Shown: positions 30,035 to 40,198 of the stretch, piece by piece | How positions within the stretch are numbered: the stretch's first letter is position 1 | How the letters are laid out: the number at the start of each line of letters is the position of its first letter | Assembly (NCBI GenBank): GCA_965205485.1 | Contig: OZ242180.1 | Span: 4,064,001-4,128,000 of the forward strand | DNA length: 64,000 nt | Origin: Candidatus Latescibacterota bacterium | Lineage (GTDB): Bacteria; Latescibacterota; UBA2968; GCA-2709665 | Direction: 5' to 3' | Notes under the pieces: model-generated | Told to the model about the DNA's origin: nothing | The model's input: the letters and a program-made list of their open reading frames with translations, nothing else | The model's database searches: none | Made by a program: the position numbers and the translations under genes

Positions 30035-31177
30035 ATGGCGCTGCAGGAGATCACATTTGCGGATCTGGTGGATGTAGCGGTCGTCGGTGTCCTGTTCTGG
30101 GGCCTGCTGGCCTGGACGCGGAGGATGCACGCGCGAATGTCCCTTATCGGGCTGGGGTTTCTGGGCGCATTCTATCTTCTGGCGCGGCAGTTCGAGTTGC
30201 AGCTGACGGCGTGGATATTCCAGGGTTTTTTCGCGGTGCTGGTTGTGCTGCTTGTCGTTGTGTTTCAGGACGACCTGAGGCGGCTCTTCGAACAGATTGC
30301 CGCACTGGGCCTGGGCAGACGGATATCGCGGCCCCGCGGAGGCAGTCTGGCGGTGCTGGTTCGTGCGATGCATCAGGTGGCGGCGAAGCGGCGGGGCGCC
30401 CTCGTGGTCCTGCCCGGGCGGGAGCCGCTGGACAGGCTCCTGCAGGGCGGGATAGACCTCCAGGCGACCATCAGTGAGGAACTGATCGACAGCCTGTTCG
30501 GCACGTCGTCGGCGGGCCACGACGGGGCCCTGGTGATGAGGGAAGACAGACTGGAACGATTCGCCGTATATCTGCCGCTTTCGGAAAATCGGGCCGAACT
30601 CGGGCCGGGAGGTACCCGCCATGCCGCCGCGCTCGGGCTGGCCGAGCGCAGCGATGCCCTGTGTCTGGTTGTTTCCGAGGAGCGCGGCACCATCGCCGTG
30701 GCGCTTCAGGGGCGACTGGAGGTTGTCAACGACCCTGACGAACTGCTTGCCAGATTGCAGGAACACGCGCAGCACGTGGTCGCCGGCGGACGGAAGAACG
30801 GACGGAGCCGGCTGGTCCGGCGACTTGCGGAAGGGTTGCTCTCATTCGTACTGGCGTTCGGCGCATGGGTGTTCCTGGTGCCCGGCGCGGCGGTCCAGGA
30901 AACGACTTACGAAGTGGCCGTCGGCGTGGAGAATCTGCCGGGCGGCTACGCGCTGAAGGGTGTCATGCCCCCCGTTGTGAACGTGACCGTGAAGGGCCCG
31001 CGTCGCGCCGTGTTGCTGGCGCCCTCGGACGACTTCCAGCTCGTAATCGATGCCAACTACGTGAGGATCGGACGCAGGACCTTCGAGTTCGGCATCGAGT
31101 CGATCAGGCACGGGACGGAGCTGACCGTCGTAAACGTGGAGCCCCGCAAGGTCCGGCTGGATGTACGGAAGGAATAG
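30035..31177 (+). CDS. Membrane diadenylate cyclase (CdaA-type DisA_N) fused to a YbbR-like domain
   Basis: Three N-terminal TMs, 'HDGAL', 'GTRHAAALG', 'VSEERG'; extra TM and YbbR-like C-terminus. Confidence 0.85.
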   Translation: MALQEITFADLVDVAVVGVLFWGLLAWTRRMHARMSLIGLGFLGAFYLLARQFELQLTAWIFQGFFAVLVVLLVVVFQDDLRRLFEQIAALGLGRRISRPRGGSLAVLVRAMHQVAAKRRGALVVLPGREPLDRLLQGGIDLQATISEELIDSLFGTSSAGHDGALVMREDRLERFAVYLPLSENRAELGPGGTRHAAALGLAERSDALCLVVSEERGTIAVALQGRLEVVNDPDELLARLQEHAQHVVAGGRKNGRSRLVRRLAEGLLSFVLAFGAWVFLVPGAAVQETTYEVAVGVENLPGGYALKGVMPPVVNVTVKGPRRAVLLAPSDDFQLVIDANYVRIGRRTFEFGIESIRHGTELTVVNVEPRKVRLDVRKE

Positions 31178-31192
31178 GTCTGGCAACCACCC

Positions 31193-31915
31193 CTACGAAG
31201 ATACCAGCCGCTCCCTGGATTCCATCTTGCGAAGGCCGGCATAGAGCAGCAGACCCGACAGCAGCGCCACCGCCAGGCGATTCAGCAACACCCGGTCGCC
31301 CCACAACGTGTCTTCCATGCCCACCGGTGGATCGAAACTTTCCAGAAAGAGCACGAACGGTGAGTCGGGCATTGACTGCGAGGCTACCAGCGTCAGGCCC
31401 ATCACGCCCGTGGCGAGCATGGCGGCCGCGTTTCCGCTTCGACAGAGAACGGAAAAGTAAAACGTGAGCCCCGCGGCGAAGCACGCCGGCAGAAAGGCGT
31501 TCAACCCGCCCCGGAGGATCGGCAGTTCCGCGAAGAAATAGTAGGCGACAACCGTCATACCCATAAGCGTTCCCGCAAGCACCAGATAGACGCCCACCAT
31601 TCGAATCGTCCAGATCCGGTAGTGCGACGAGGTTGTGCTGAACAACGTCTCCAGTGTATTCCTGTCACGTTCGCCCGCGACGAGATCCATCGTCAGATAG
31701 ATGGCCAGTGCGATGCCGGGAATCTCAACCAGAACATGGAGCGCCTTCGATACGCCGAATCCTTCGTCGGGACGCCACACCGCGAATGCGTACATGGCGG
31801 CGTAATAGACCAGGATGCCCATGGCCATGAATATCAGCTTCCTGTGAAAGATGATCCTGCAGCTCAGCCGGTAGAGCCGCCACGTGGTCAACAGCAGTTC
31901 CCGCCAGTTCAGCAC
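31193..31915 (-). CDS. ABC-2 type transporter permease
   Basis: About 6 TM helices and 'GERDRNTLETLF'; GTG start overlaps the upstream stop. Confidence 0.8.
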   Translation of the reverse strand: MLNWRELLLTTWRLYRLSCRIIFHRKLIFMAMGILVYYAAMYAFAVWRPDEGFGVSKALHVLVEIPGIALAIYLTMDLVAGERDRNTLETLFSTTSSHYRIWTIRMVGVYLVLAGTLMGMTVVAYYFFAELPILRGGLNAFLPACFAAGLTFYFSVLCRSGNAAAMLATGVMGLTLVASQSMPDSPFVLFLESFDPPVGMEDTLWGDRVLLNRLAVALLSGLLLYAGLRKMESRERLVSS

Positions 31916-34900
31916 GGCTGACCCTCCCCTCCGCCAAGCAGGTAAAGATACGCGTCTTCCAGGGTTGGATCCACGCGCTGCGCGCCGATGCCGGCCGGCG
32001 CGTGCTCCGACAGGAAACGCGTCCGGACGCCGCCGGAGGTTCGCTGGTGCGATATGAGCTTCAGTTGCTTTTCCATTTCGGAAAAGCGCCGGTCGGGAAC
32101 CACCGCGTCCCACACCCGGCCCGCCGCCAGGTTTCTCATCTCCGCCGGCGTTCCCGTATACAGTAGACGCCCCTGGTCCAGAACCGCCAGCCGATTGCAG
32201 CTTCCCGAGATATCTTCCACGATATGCGTGGAAAAAATCACAATGCGCTCCTGACTTAACCTGGCGAGCAGGTTGCGAAACCGGATGCGCTCCAGCGGAT
32301 CCAGCCCCGCGGTGGGCTCGTCCACGACGACGATCAGCGGGGCGTGCAGGAGCGTCTGCGCGATGCCGAGGCGCTGTTTCATTCCGCCTGAAAAAGAACC
32401 GATCGGATCGTCCCTTCGTTCGATCAGATTGACCTGCTCCAGAGATTCGATCACCCGGGTCTCGCGGGTCTTCCGGTCCTTGAAGCCCTCGAGCAGCGCT
32501 CTGTACTCCAGAAATTCGAATGCCGAAAGGTGTCCGTAGTTGCCGAAGTGCTGCGGCAGGTACCCGATCAGTCCGTGGATCGTACCCTTGTTCAGGATGT
32601 TTCTACCGTCGATCAGGATGGACCCGTAGCTGGGTTCGAGCACCCTGCAGAGAATACGCATCAACGTTGTCTTGCCGGCGCCGTTCGGACCCAGCAGACC
32701 GAACATCCCCCTGCCGATTTCCAGGTTGACGCCCGCCAGCGCTCGAAATTCCGGCCGGGGAATGCCTATAAGTGGAACGGCCGACGCCAATCGATAAAAC
32801 CACCGTCGCGGCCGCGCAAAACGTCCTGGCAGGTTATCGGGACTGATCTCGCCCGTCCGCACCCTGTCGGCGAGCCGGCGTAACAGGCGATAGACGGCCC
32901 AGATCCCGAACGAGGCAAGTGTGACCGATAGCAGGTCCAGCCGCCAGTGTACGTAGGCGACAAATGCCAGCGGGAGAGCGGCTTTGTGCAGCAGTTTGAC
33001 GATGCGGGCGAACGGCGCCGGCGGATGCCATTGGCGGAGTTCTCCGATACATCGACCCACGTGGGATACCATAAAGGCCAACGCCAGCACGTGCAGATAG
33101 ATCCAGATTTCGTCTTCGAAATAGGTCGTGAACAACGACAACAGCGCGAGCATTGGCAGTTTCCAGAAGAGGGCATCGCGAACCGCCCTGCGGTCCCGCG
33201 GATCCAGGCCCGTTTTCATCAGCCGCCCCCGCCGGCGCTCGTCACGCGCCCACTCCCGCACAAAGCGCCCGGGCGCGCCATAAACCTTGGTGAGGTTCCT
33301 CAGCTGAATGGCGTGCACGGCGCTCGACACGCGGCGGGCTGCGACTCGCGCGTGATGTACCCGTTGAACGATCCACACTGCTGCCAGAAATGAGCCCCAG
33401 ATGGGCAATATGGACAGGCTCGTCCAGAAAATGCTCTCATATCGGACGTAAATGCCATATCCGGCCGCGGCGGTCGCCAGCAGTGAGAACGTGACGCCGG
33501 CAAACCCGATGCCGTCCAGCCAGTCACCGATCTGATCCAGCCCCATATATACAACAGGAATCAGAATCAATGTGGACATCATGGAAACCGACAGACCTCC
33601 CAGCACCGTGATTGCAAACGGCGGCCAGATCTCAAAATCGCCGCCGAATTCCAGCGCGAGCGGGAGAACGCCGAGCAGCGTCGTGGCCGTCGTCATGAGG
33701 ATGGGTCGCAGGCGGGACCTCGCTGCGGTCAGTACAGCGCGTTCGCGGCGGTACCCGAAACGGGACCTGAGTACACCGACCGCGTCGATCAGGATGATCC
33801 CGTTGTTCACGGCAATACCCAGCAGGACGATGAAGCCCAGGAGCGCCATGGGACCCTCCTGCTGGCTGAGGCCCGTTCCTGACATCATCAGCGCCCAGCA
33901 GGAGCCGATGGCGGCGGGCGGAAGCGTACACAGGATGATGATCGGAGACGAGAGCGATTCAAAAAGCGACGCCAGAATCATATAGATCAGAACCGCGGCT
34001 ATTGCCATCATCCAATAGTAAATCATCTCCTCATGCGCCTCGATGATTTCGATTGAATAACCCTCTGGCAGCACCATATCCTGCAGTGTCGTGCGTACGA
34101 CCCGCCTCGCGAGTTCCAGCCGTGGCTGTGAATCCAGGACTTCCGAAGGAAACCTGTAGGAAACCACGAGCCGGCGGGCCTGGTCGGTCCGCAGCAGGCT
34201 GCTTCTGCCCTCGTCAGTCCGGACCCGCGCCACCTCGTCCAGAGGTACATACTGGCCGGCCTGGTTCAGAATACGCGTCCGACGGAATTCAGCCAGCCCG
34301 TAACGGTCGCGGTCCTCCTCTTCGATTGTTCGCACTTCAATGGGTATCTCGGTCGCGTCGGGCAGCAGAAACGGAACGGTCGTACGGAATCCGTCCCATC
34401 GGGTGTCGCCCATTGCGGCGAGGACCTCCTGCGCGCCGAGCCGCCGGTCGAACAGGGCGGCCGCATCGGGCAAAACCTGAACCTCGGGCGAACTTCGTTC
34501 GGCGTCGGCACGTACACTGTTGGCATCCACTTCCTCGAGTTCCTCGAGCCTGTACGACACGTCGTTCGCAATCATCGTCAGTATCGTAAAGTCATATCCG
34601 CGTATCACAACCTGCTCGTTCGGAGCGGTCCCGGTCAGATCGAAGCCACCCGAGCTGCGTCTCCGGCGTTGACCTATCCCCTGCCCGCGGCCGCCCCTCC
34701 CCGCCCTGGACCTGCGTTCGTATCCCACGACGCCACCCTGTACATTCTGAAGCTTCTCGTCCAGCAGTTCCTTGATTTCATCCAGCGAGATTCCGCCGGG
34801 CCGGTCGGAACGGTTGAGCAACATGACGGTTACGTCGGCCTCGGCCTCCCGGACAGACGTCGTAAACCGGTCCAGTCCGGACACGTCCCGAACGGATTCC

Positions 34901-36621
34901 TCCACCTGTTTCACCACGTCATCCGTGGCATCCAGCGTGGACCCTTCCGGCAGATTCACGTAGACCGTAAAGCGCGTCTCTTCCCGCCTTACCTGCTGTT
35001 GAAGCAGGTAGAAGAAGGCCAGAACGAGCGTCAGCAGGAGGGCGCCGCCCACCGCCAGGACCACCGATGTGCGGTGGCGCAAGGCGGCCTTCAGCAGCAG
35101 GGTATACCGTTCCAGCAGACCGCGGACGTCCGGCGGCTTCCGGACCTCACGGCTCAGTGCGCGGACGGCAAGCGCGGGAACCAGTGTAAGCGCAACCAGC
35201 AGTGACGCCAGAAGCGGAAACACCATGGACAACGCGAGTTCGCGCAGCAGGTCCCGTGCGTCGCTTTCGATAAACAGAACGGGCAGGAATGCGGTTACCG
35301 TGGTTGCCGTTGCCGCGACCACGGCGCGCCCGACTTCGGAAGCCCCGTCACGTGCAGCGTGAGCCGGCGATTTGCCTCGCTCGTAGTGTTTGAAGATATT
35401 CTCCATCACCACGATGCCGTTGTCCGCGAGCATTCCCATCGCGAGGGCAAGGCCGCAGAGCGACAGCACGTTGACGGACAGCCCGCCCGCGTACATAAGA
35501 TTGAAGGTCATCAGAAGTGAAATCGGAATGGCCAGCAGGAGAACCGAAACAAAGCGAAGGTTACGAAGAAACAGAAAGAGTACGATCAGACCGAGTACGG
35601 CGCCGACGACGGCCGCCTGCTTCAGGGTGGAGAGCGCCCCGGTCATCAGGTCGGCCTGGGAGGAACTCACGCCCAGTTCCACACCTTCACTTTCCAGGTC
35701 CCGGTTCAGGCGCCCGACGGTGGCTTCCACCGCAGCGGCCACTTCGATCAGATTCGCTTCGTCATCCTTCTGGATCCGTACGCCCACCGACGGTTTGCCA
35801 TTGACTCTGTGCCGGTCGGCCTGCTCCTGAAGGCCGTGCCCGATTCGGGAGATGTCGCCCAGCCGGAGCGTGCCGTCTTCGTTCACGACGAGATCGCGAA
35901 TCTGTCGCAGGTCCGTGAACTGTCCCTGAATACTCACCGAATAGGCCCTGTTCCCGTCGAATACCCGGCCCAGGTACTCACGCCTCCGGTTATGGCTGTT
36001 CAGTCGCGTCCGTACCTGTCCCGCCGAAAGGCCGTGCGCCTCCAGCAGGATCGGATCCAGGACGATTTCCACGGCGCTGCGGCGCCCGCCCAATACGGAC
36101 ACGTTCACGACGCCGTCGACAGACTCCAGTTCGGGCCGGATCTTTTCCTCCGTGAACTCACGCAACGGGTTCAGGTCCCAGTCGGCAAGCACGTGAAGCT
36201 CCATAATACTGCTGCTGAGGTCTGTCGAATCGAACCTCCGTACATCGGTCTGCGTGCGCTCGGGCAACGCAGGCTGCAATCGGTTCAGGTTGCTCTGCAG
36301 CTGAAGAAGGGCGAATTTCATATCCACGTCGGGGGCGTAGGATATCCTGATACCGCCCCTGTTGGCCGCCGCGAACGATTCCATCTCCTGAACGCCGTCG
36401 AGTTTTCCAATCTCTCCTTCCACCGGAATCAGCAGGTCTCTCTCAACCTGCTCCGGAGAGGCCCCCTGCAGCGTCAGCGTGACAAACACCTCAGGAAAGA
36501 TCAGCTCGGGAAAGAGCTGAATCGGAAGCCTCGTCCACGACACGACGCCCAATATGGCGAATGCAGCGAAGAACATGGACGTGGTCACCGGCCGCCGGAC
36601 CGCAAGATCGGGGAGAATCAC
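31909..36621 (-). CDS. RND (AcrB-type) permease fused to an ABC ATPase
   Basis: RND motifs 'GMLADNGIVVMEN', 'GIAVNNGII', 'RLRPILMT', followed in frame by GPNGAGKTT, FSGGMKQR, VVVDEPTAGLDP and STH. Confidence 0.92.
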   Translation of the reverse strand: MILPDLAVRRPVTTSMFFAAFAILGVVSWTRLPIQLFPELIFPEVFVTLTLQGASPEQVERDLLIPVEGEIGKLDGVQEMESFAAANRGGIRISYAPDVDMKFALLQLQSNLNRLQPALPERTQTDVRRFDSTDLSSSIMELHVLADWDLNPLREFTEEKIRPELESVDGVVNVSVLGGRRSAVEIVLDPILLEAHGLSAGQVRTRLNSHNRRREYLGRVFDGNRAYSVSIQGQFTDLRQIRDLVVNEDGTLRLGDISRIGHGLQEQADRHRVNGKPSVGVRIQKDDEANLIEVAAAVEATVGRLNRDLESEGVELGVSSSQADLMTGALSTLKQAAVVGAVLGLIVLFLFLRNLRFVSVLLLAIPISLLMTFNLMYAGGLSVNVLSLCGLALAMGMLADNGIVVMENIFKHYERGKSPAHAARDGASEVGRAVVAATATTVTAFLPVLFIESDARDLLRELALSMVFPLLASLLVALTLVPALAVRALSREVRKPPDVRGLLERYTLLLKAALRHRTSVVLAVGGALLLTLVLAFFYLLQQQVRREETRFTVYVNLPEGSTLDATDDVVKQVEESVRDVSGLDRFTTSVREAEADVTVMLLNRSDRPGGISLDEIKELLDEKLQNVQGGVVGYERRSRAGRGGRGQGIGQRRRRSSGGFDLTGTAPNEQVVIRGYDFTILTMIANDVSYRLEELEEVDANSVRADAERSSPEVQVLPDAAALFDRRLGAQEVLAAMGDTRWDGFRTTVPFLLPDATEIPIEVRTIEEEDRDRYGLAEFRRTRILNQAGQYVPLDEVARVRTDEGRSSLLRTDQARRLVVSYRFPSEVLDSQPRLELARRVVRTTLQDMVLPEGYSIEIIEAHEEMIYYWMMAIAAVLIYMILASLFESLSSPIIILCTLPPAAIGSCWALMMSGTGLSQQEGPMALLGFIVLLGIAVNNGIILIDAVGVLRSRFGYRRERAVLTAARSRLRPILMTTATTLLGVLPLALEFGGDFEIWPPFAITVLGGLSVSMMSTLILIPVVYMGLDQIGDWLDGIGFAGVTFSLLATAAAGYGIYVRYESIFWTSLSILPIWGSFLAAVWIVQRVHHARVAARRVSSAVHAIQLRNLTKVYGAPGRFVREWARDERRRGRLMKTGLDPRDRRAVRDALFWKLPMLALLSLFTTYFEDEIWIYLHVLALAFMVSHVGRCIGELRQWHPPAPFARIVKLLHKAALPLAFVAYVHWRLDLLSVTLASFGIWAVYRLLRRLADRVRTGEISPDNLPGRFARPRRWFYRLASAVPLIGIPRPEFRALAGVNLEIGRGMFGLLGPNGAGKTTLMRILCRVLEPSYGSILIDGRNILNKGTIHGLIGYLPQHFGNYGHLSAFEFLEYRALLEGFKDRKTRETRVIESLEQVNLIERRDDPIGSFSGGMKQRLGIAQTLLHAPLIVVVDEPTAGLDPLERIRFRNLLARLSQERIVIFSTHIVEDISGSCNRLAVLDQGRLLYTGTPAEMRNLAAGRVWDAVVPDRRFSEMEKQLKLISHQRTSGGVRTRFLSEHAPAGIGAQRVDPTLEDAYLYLLGGGEGQPC

Positions 36622-39600
36622 GCCGCACTCCTGTTTCTGAGCCGCTCGATCAGTTCGTAAACAACCGGAATCACCACCAGGGTCATCAACGTGGACGTGA
36701 CCAATCCGCCGATGACCGCCACCGCCATTGGCGCCCGCAGACGCGCGCCTTCACCCACACCCACCGCCATGGGCAACAGCGCGAGAATGGTTGTGGCGCT
36801 GGTCATCAGGATCGGACGGAGCCGATCCTGCGCACCCTGGAGTACGGCCGTTCTGACGTCGGACGCATTTCGCCGCAGCTGGTTGATGTGGTCCACCAGA
36901 ATGATGGCGTCGTTGACGGCGATGCCGCCCAGCATAATCGCTCCGATGAATGCCATCACGCCGAATGCCTCACCCAGACCCCAGAATGCGAACACCACCC
37001 CGATGCCGGCCAACGGCACTGTCAGCATGACGGTAAACGGATGCAGCAAAGACTCGAAGAGCGACGCCATGACCATGTAAACGAGCACGACGGACAACAG
37101 CAGGGCGAACTGCAGGCCTCCGAATGATTCGGCCCGCTCACGTTCCTCTCCGGTGATGGTTACACGATATCCGTGAGGAATGGCCATCTGCCCCACCGCC
37201 TGCCTGATCTGCGCCGCCGCCTGGCTCAAGACCATGCCTTCGGCCAGAAACGCGGATACCCTCCCCACCCTGCGCTGCCCGTCACGCAGGATTTCTCTTG
37301 GACCCTGGACCACGCGAAGATCGGCGAGATCTCCCAGCGTGAGCATCGCGCCGTCCGGACCGTCGATTCTGGCGTGTTCCAGCTCACGAAGGTCCACGTC
37401 TGCGAAGCCCACCCGGATGGTTCGCTCGCGCTGGTCTTTGGAGAGTTCGCCGGCTTCCTCCCCGCCCAGTCTGCGCTCGAGTTCACGCACGAGGTTCTGC
37501 GAGGTAAGGCCGAACGCCGCGGTGACATCCGGCCGCAACACGACGTCCAATTCGGGCTGGCCATCCTGAAAGCTCGTTCGGACATTATACACCGTCGACA
37601 ACACGTCCATGCGCTGTTTCAGATCTGCCGTCAGTTCCCGAAGCAGTACCAGGTTCTCGCCACTCACCTCCACCTGTACCGGTGCGGCGCCTCCACGTAC
37701 AAGTCCTTCCAACGCAGATTTATGGAGTCGATAGTTAACTTTGATATTCGGCACGTCCAGGAGGGCCGCATCCAGTGCGGCGGTGAGTTCGGTGACACCA
37801 CGACGGCCCGCTTGCGGGCCCAGGACGACCGTCAGTTCGGCCCGGTTCGGACCCGTGGGCTCTCCCACGGCCGTGAACCGGTTCGGATCTGTTCCCACCC
37901 GCAGGTAGATGTGCAGGGCTTCCTCTCCGGCAACCGCCTGCGCAATAGCCGCGACGCGTCTCCCCACCCTGTCTGTTGACTCGAGTCTCGTGCCCTCCGG
38001 CATCGCGAGGTCCACGTGGAGTACACCCTCGTCTTCCGTGGGAATGAACGACGTATGGAGGGACGTGGCCATATGGAAGGCCGCCACAAGGCAGGCGATC
38101 AGTACCGCTATCGTGCGGCCCTTGCGGTTGAGCGACGCATCCAGAAACCGTCTGAACGTCCGCGCCCCGGCGACCCCCGTGGACCCGCGCGGATACCGCC
38201 TGAACAGCCGTGCGGTCATCATGGGGACCACCGTCATCGCCACGGCGAGAGATGAAACCAGTGAAAACGCCACGGTCCAGGCCTGTTCCTTGAAGAGTTC
38301 GCCCGCCAGCCCTTGAAGATACACGATGGGAAGAAACACGGACACCGTCGTCAGCGTGGAAGCCAGTATCGCGACCCCGACCTCGCCGGCGCCCTTGACG
38401 GAGGCTGCTGCGGCTGTTTCACCACTTTCGATATGCCGGTAGATGTTCTCAATTACGACAATGGCGTTATCCACCAGCATGCCGGCGCCGAGTGCGAGAC
38501 CGCCAAGGGTCATTACGTTCAACGTCAACCCCTGGAAATACATCAGCGTGAACGTGGCGAGAACGGAAATCGGAATGGCAAGGCCAATCACCAGCGTTGC
38601 AGTCCATTGCCGGAGCGCGGCAAGCAGCACGCCCACGGCCAGAAACGCGCCGATGACAGCCGCCTCTTCAACTTCGCTTACCGCGCGTTCGACAAAGCGT
38701 GCCTGGTTTTCCACCACCGTAAACCGGATGCCGGCCAGATCGGCTTCCAGGCTCCCCAGTTCCTGCAGTACCCCGTTCACCACTGAAGAGGTATTCGCGC
38801 CGGCTTCCTTGTAGACCGAAAGTCCTACGCACTCCATGCCGTCCAGACGGACGATGGTTTCCCGTTCCTTATACTGGAGGGCCACGGTACCCACGTCGCT
38901 GACCGTGACCGGCACGCGCTGAGTCGATGCGTTTTCTCCGCCGTTCGAAGATTCGCCGCTGCGTTCGCCGACAACCAGGTCGTTCACGTCCGCCAGGTCG
39001 GTCAGCCGTCCCAGGCCCTTTACCAGATAGGATTGCTGGCCGTCCTTCAGCGTTCCTCCGGAGACATCCGAATTCGCTTCACGAATCCGCGAGACCACCG
39101 TTGCGGAATTGACGCCGAACGCTTGCAGGAGATAGGAATCCAGTGTGACGCGGATCTCCTTTTCGGCTCCCCCTTCGATTTCAACCGAAGCCACCCCCGA
39201 CAGCCCCTCGAGCCTGGGCCGGATGATCGTCTCCACACTGCCCAGCAATTCATCTGGATCCTGCCAGTCCGCCCCCGAAACAGCCAGACGCATCACCGGC
39301 AATGCCTGCGGGTCTTCCTGCGTAACGTCCAGACTCGTGATATCGGGGTCCGATGCGTACCGCGCCACTTTCTTCTGCACGTCGAGAACCGCGAAATCCA
39401 TGTCCGCATCCCACTCGAACTCCGCGATCACCACGGCCTGCCCGGAGCGGGACACGGAATGTACGCGTTTCACGTGCCGTACCGTACCGATGTCCCCTTC
39501 CAGGCGCTGCGCGTACCGTTCCTCCATCTCCCGGGGCGTCTTTCCGGGAAAACGCAGGTCGACGGTGATCACGGGAGAACGCAGGTCGGGCAACAGGTCC

Positions 39601-39701
39601 ACATCCAGCCGGTCCAGCGAGATCCAGCCGAGGAGCGCTACCGCCAGCGTCGCCATCGCGACCGTCACGGGATATTTCGTGGAAAATTCGGGCAATGACA
39701 T
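36618..39701 (-). CDS. RND (AcrB/AcrD/AcrF family) permease
   Basis: 'GMLVDNAIVVIEN', 'GIAVNDAII', 'RLRPILMT', 'GGLVTST'. Confidence 0.95.
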   Translation of the reverse strand: MSLPEFSTKYPVTVAMATLAVALLGWISLDRLDVDLLPDLRSPVITVDLRFPGKTPREMEERYAQRLEGDIGTVRHVKRVHSVSRSGQAVVIAEFEWDADMDFAVLDVQKKVARYASDPDITSLDVTQEDPQALPVMRLAVSGADWQDPDELLGSVETIIRPRLEGLSGVASVEIEGGAEKEIRVTLDSYLLQAFGVNSATVVSRIREANSDVSGGTLKDGQQSYLVKGLGRLTDLADVNDLVVGERSGESSNGGENASTQRVPVTVSDVGTVALQYKERETIVRLDGMECVGLSVYKEAGANTSSVVNGVLQELGSLEADLAGIRFTVVENQARFVERAVSEVEEAAVIGAFLAVGVLLAALRQWTATLVIGLAIPISVLATFTLMYFQGLTLNVMTLGGLALGAGMLVDNAIVVIENIYRHIESGETAAAASVKGAGEVGVAILASTLTTVSVFLPIVYLQGLAGELFKEQAWTVAFSLVSSLAVAMTVVPMMTARLFRRYPRGSTGVAGARTFRRFLDASLNRKGRTIAVLIACLVAAFHMATSLHTSFIPTEDEGVLHVDLAMPEGTRLESTDRVGRRVAAIAQAVAGEEALHIYLRVGTDPNRFTAVGEPTGPNRAELTVVLGPQAGRRGVTELTAALDAALLDVPNIKVNYRLHKSALEGLVRGGAAPVQVEVSGENLVLLRELTADLKQRMDVLSTVYNVRTSFQDGQPELDVVLRPDVTAAFGLTSQNLVRELERRLGGEEAGELSKDQRERTIRVGFADVDLRELEHARIDGPDGAMLTLGDLADLRVVQGPREILRDGQRRVGRVSAFLAEGMVLSQAAAQIRQAVGQMAIPHGYRVTITGEERERAESFGGLQFALLLSVVLVYMVMASLFESLLHPFTVMLTVPLAGIGVVFAFWGLGEAFGVMAFIGAIMLGGIAVNDAIILVDHINQLRRNASDVRTAVLQGAQDRLRPILMTSATTILALLPMAVGVGEGARLRAPMAVAVIGGLVTSTLMTLVVIPVVYELIERLRNRSAA

Positions 39702-39715
39702 CGTATCGGCCCTTA

Positions 39716-39927
39716 GAAGCTGCCTTAAAATTCCCAGCGGTCTTCGCACGGCTGCAAAAGCGCCGGTCGGCGTTGGTCAAACCCACCCAAGAGTGGCGAG
39801 GGGCGCGCAGCCACGATACATTGGAGATGGGTGGATTTTCCCGTCGGCGCTGCGCGCCCCTCGCGCCTCATAACCGGCACTTTTTCGCTCGCGCTCGGGA
39901 ACTCACCGGTAATTTTAAGACAGCTTC
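39716..39927 (-). mobile_element. MITE family 1, copy D
   Basis: GAAGCTGCCTTAAAATT ... AATTTTAAGACAGCTTC; TTA direct repeat. Confidence 0.85.
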
Positions 39928-40198
39928 TTATTGAATGAGCGTTGGTTGCTTTGGCTCAGTAACCGTGATTAACATGAATGACCTCGATCGAAGGAGCAAA
40001 CTCCCGCAAGCAAATGTGACACCGCCCGGTAACGAGGTTGGTCGGGGGTGAAAAAACCCCTCCGGAAGGCCCACACGCTGTCCCTGGGCCCCAGAGGGGT
40101 CCAATCGAGAAAGCTCACGATGATTCGTTCGCTGCGGACGGTATCTCTCGAGTCGGCAATGGACTGTCAGGACGACGGACGTTCGTAGCGCGTATTCA

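Noticed and set aside
33780..38480. Non-AcrB proton-relay residues (DN in TM4, N instead of K in TM10) as evidence that the RNDs lost proton coupling
   Set aside because: DN/NN patterns are common in this RND subgroup without ATPase fusions, so they are not diagnostic.
39928..40198. Gap between MFP and RND as a small gene or riboswitch
   Set aside because: No convincing ORF with an RBS on the minus strand and no recognisable RNA motif.
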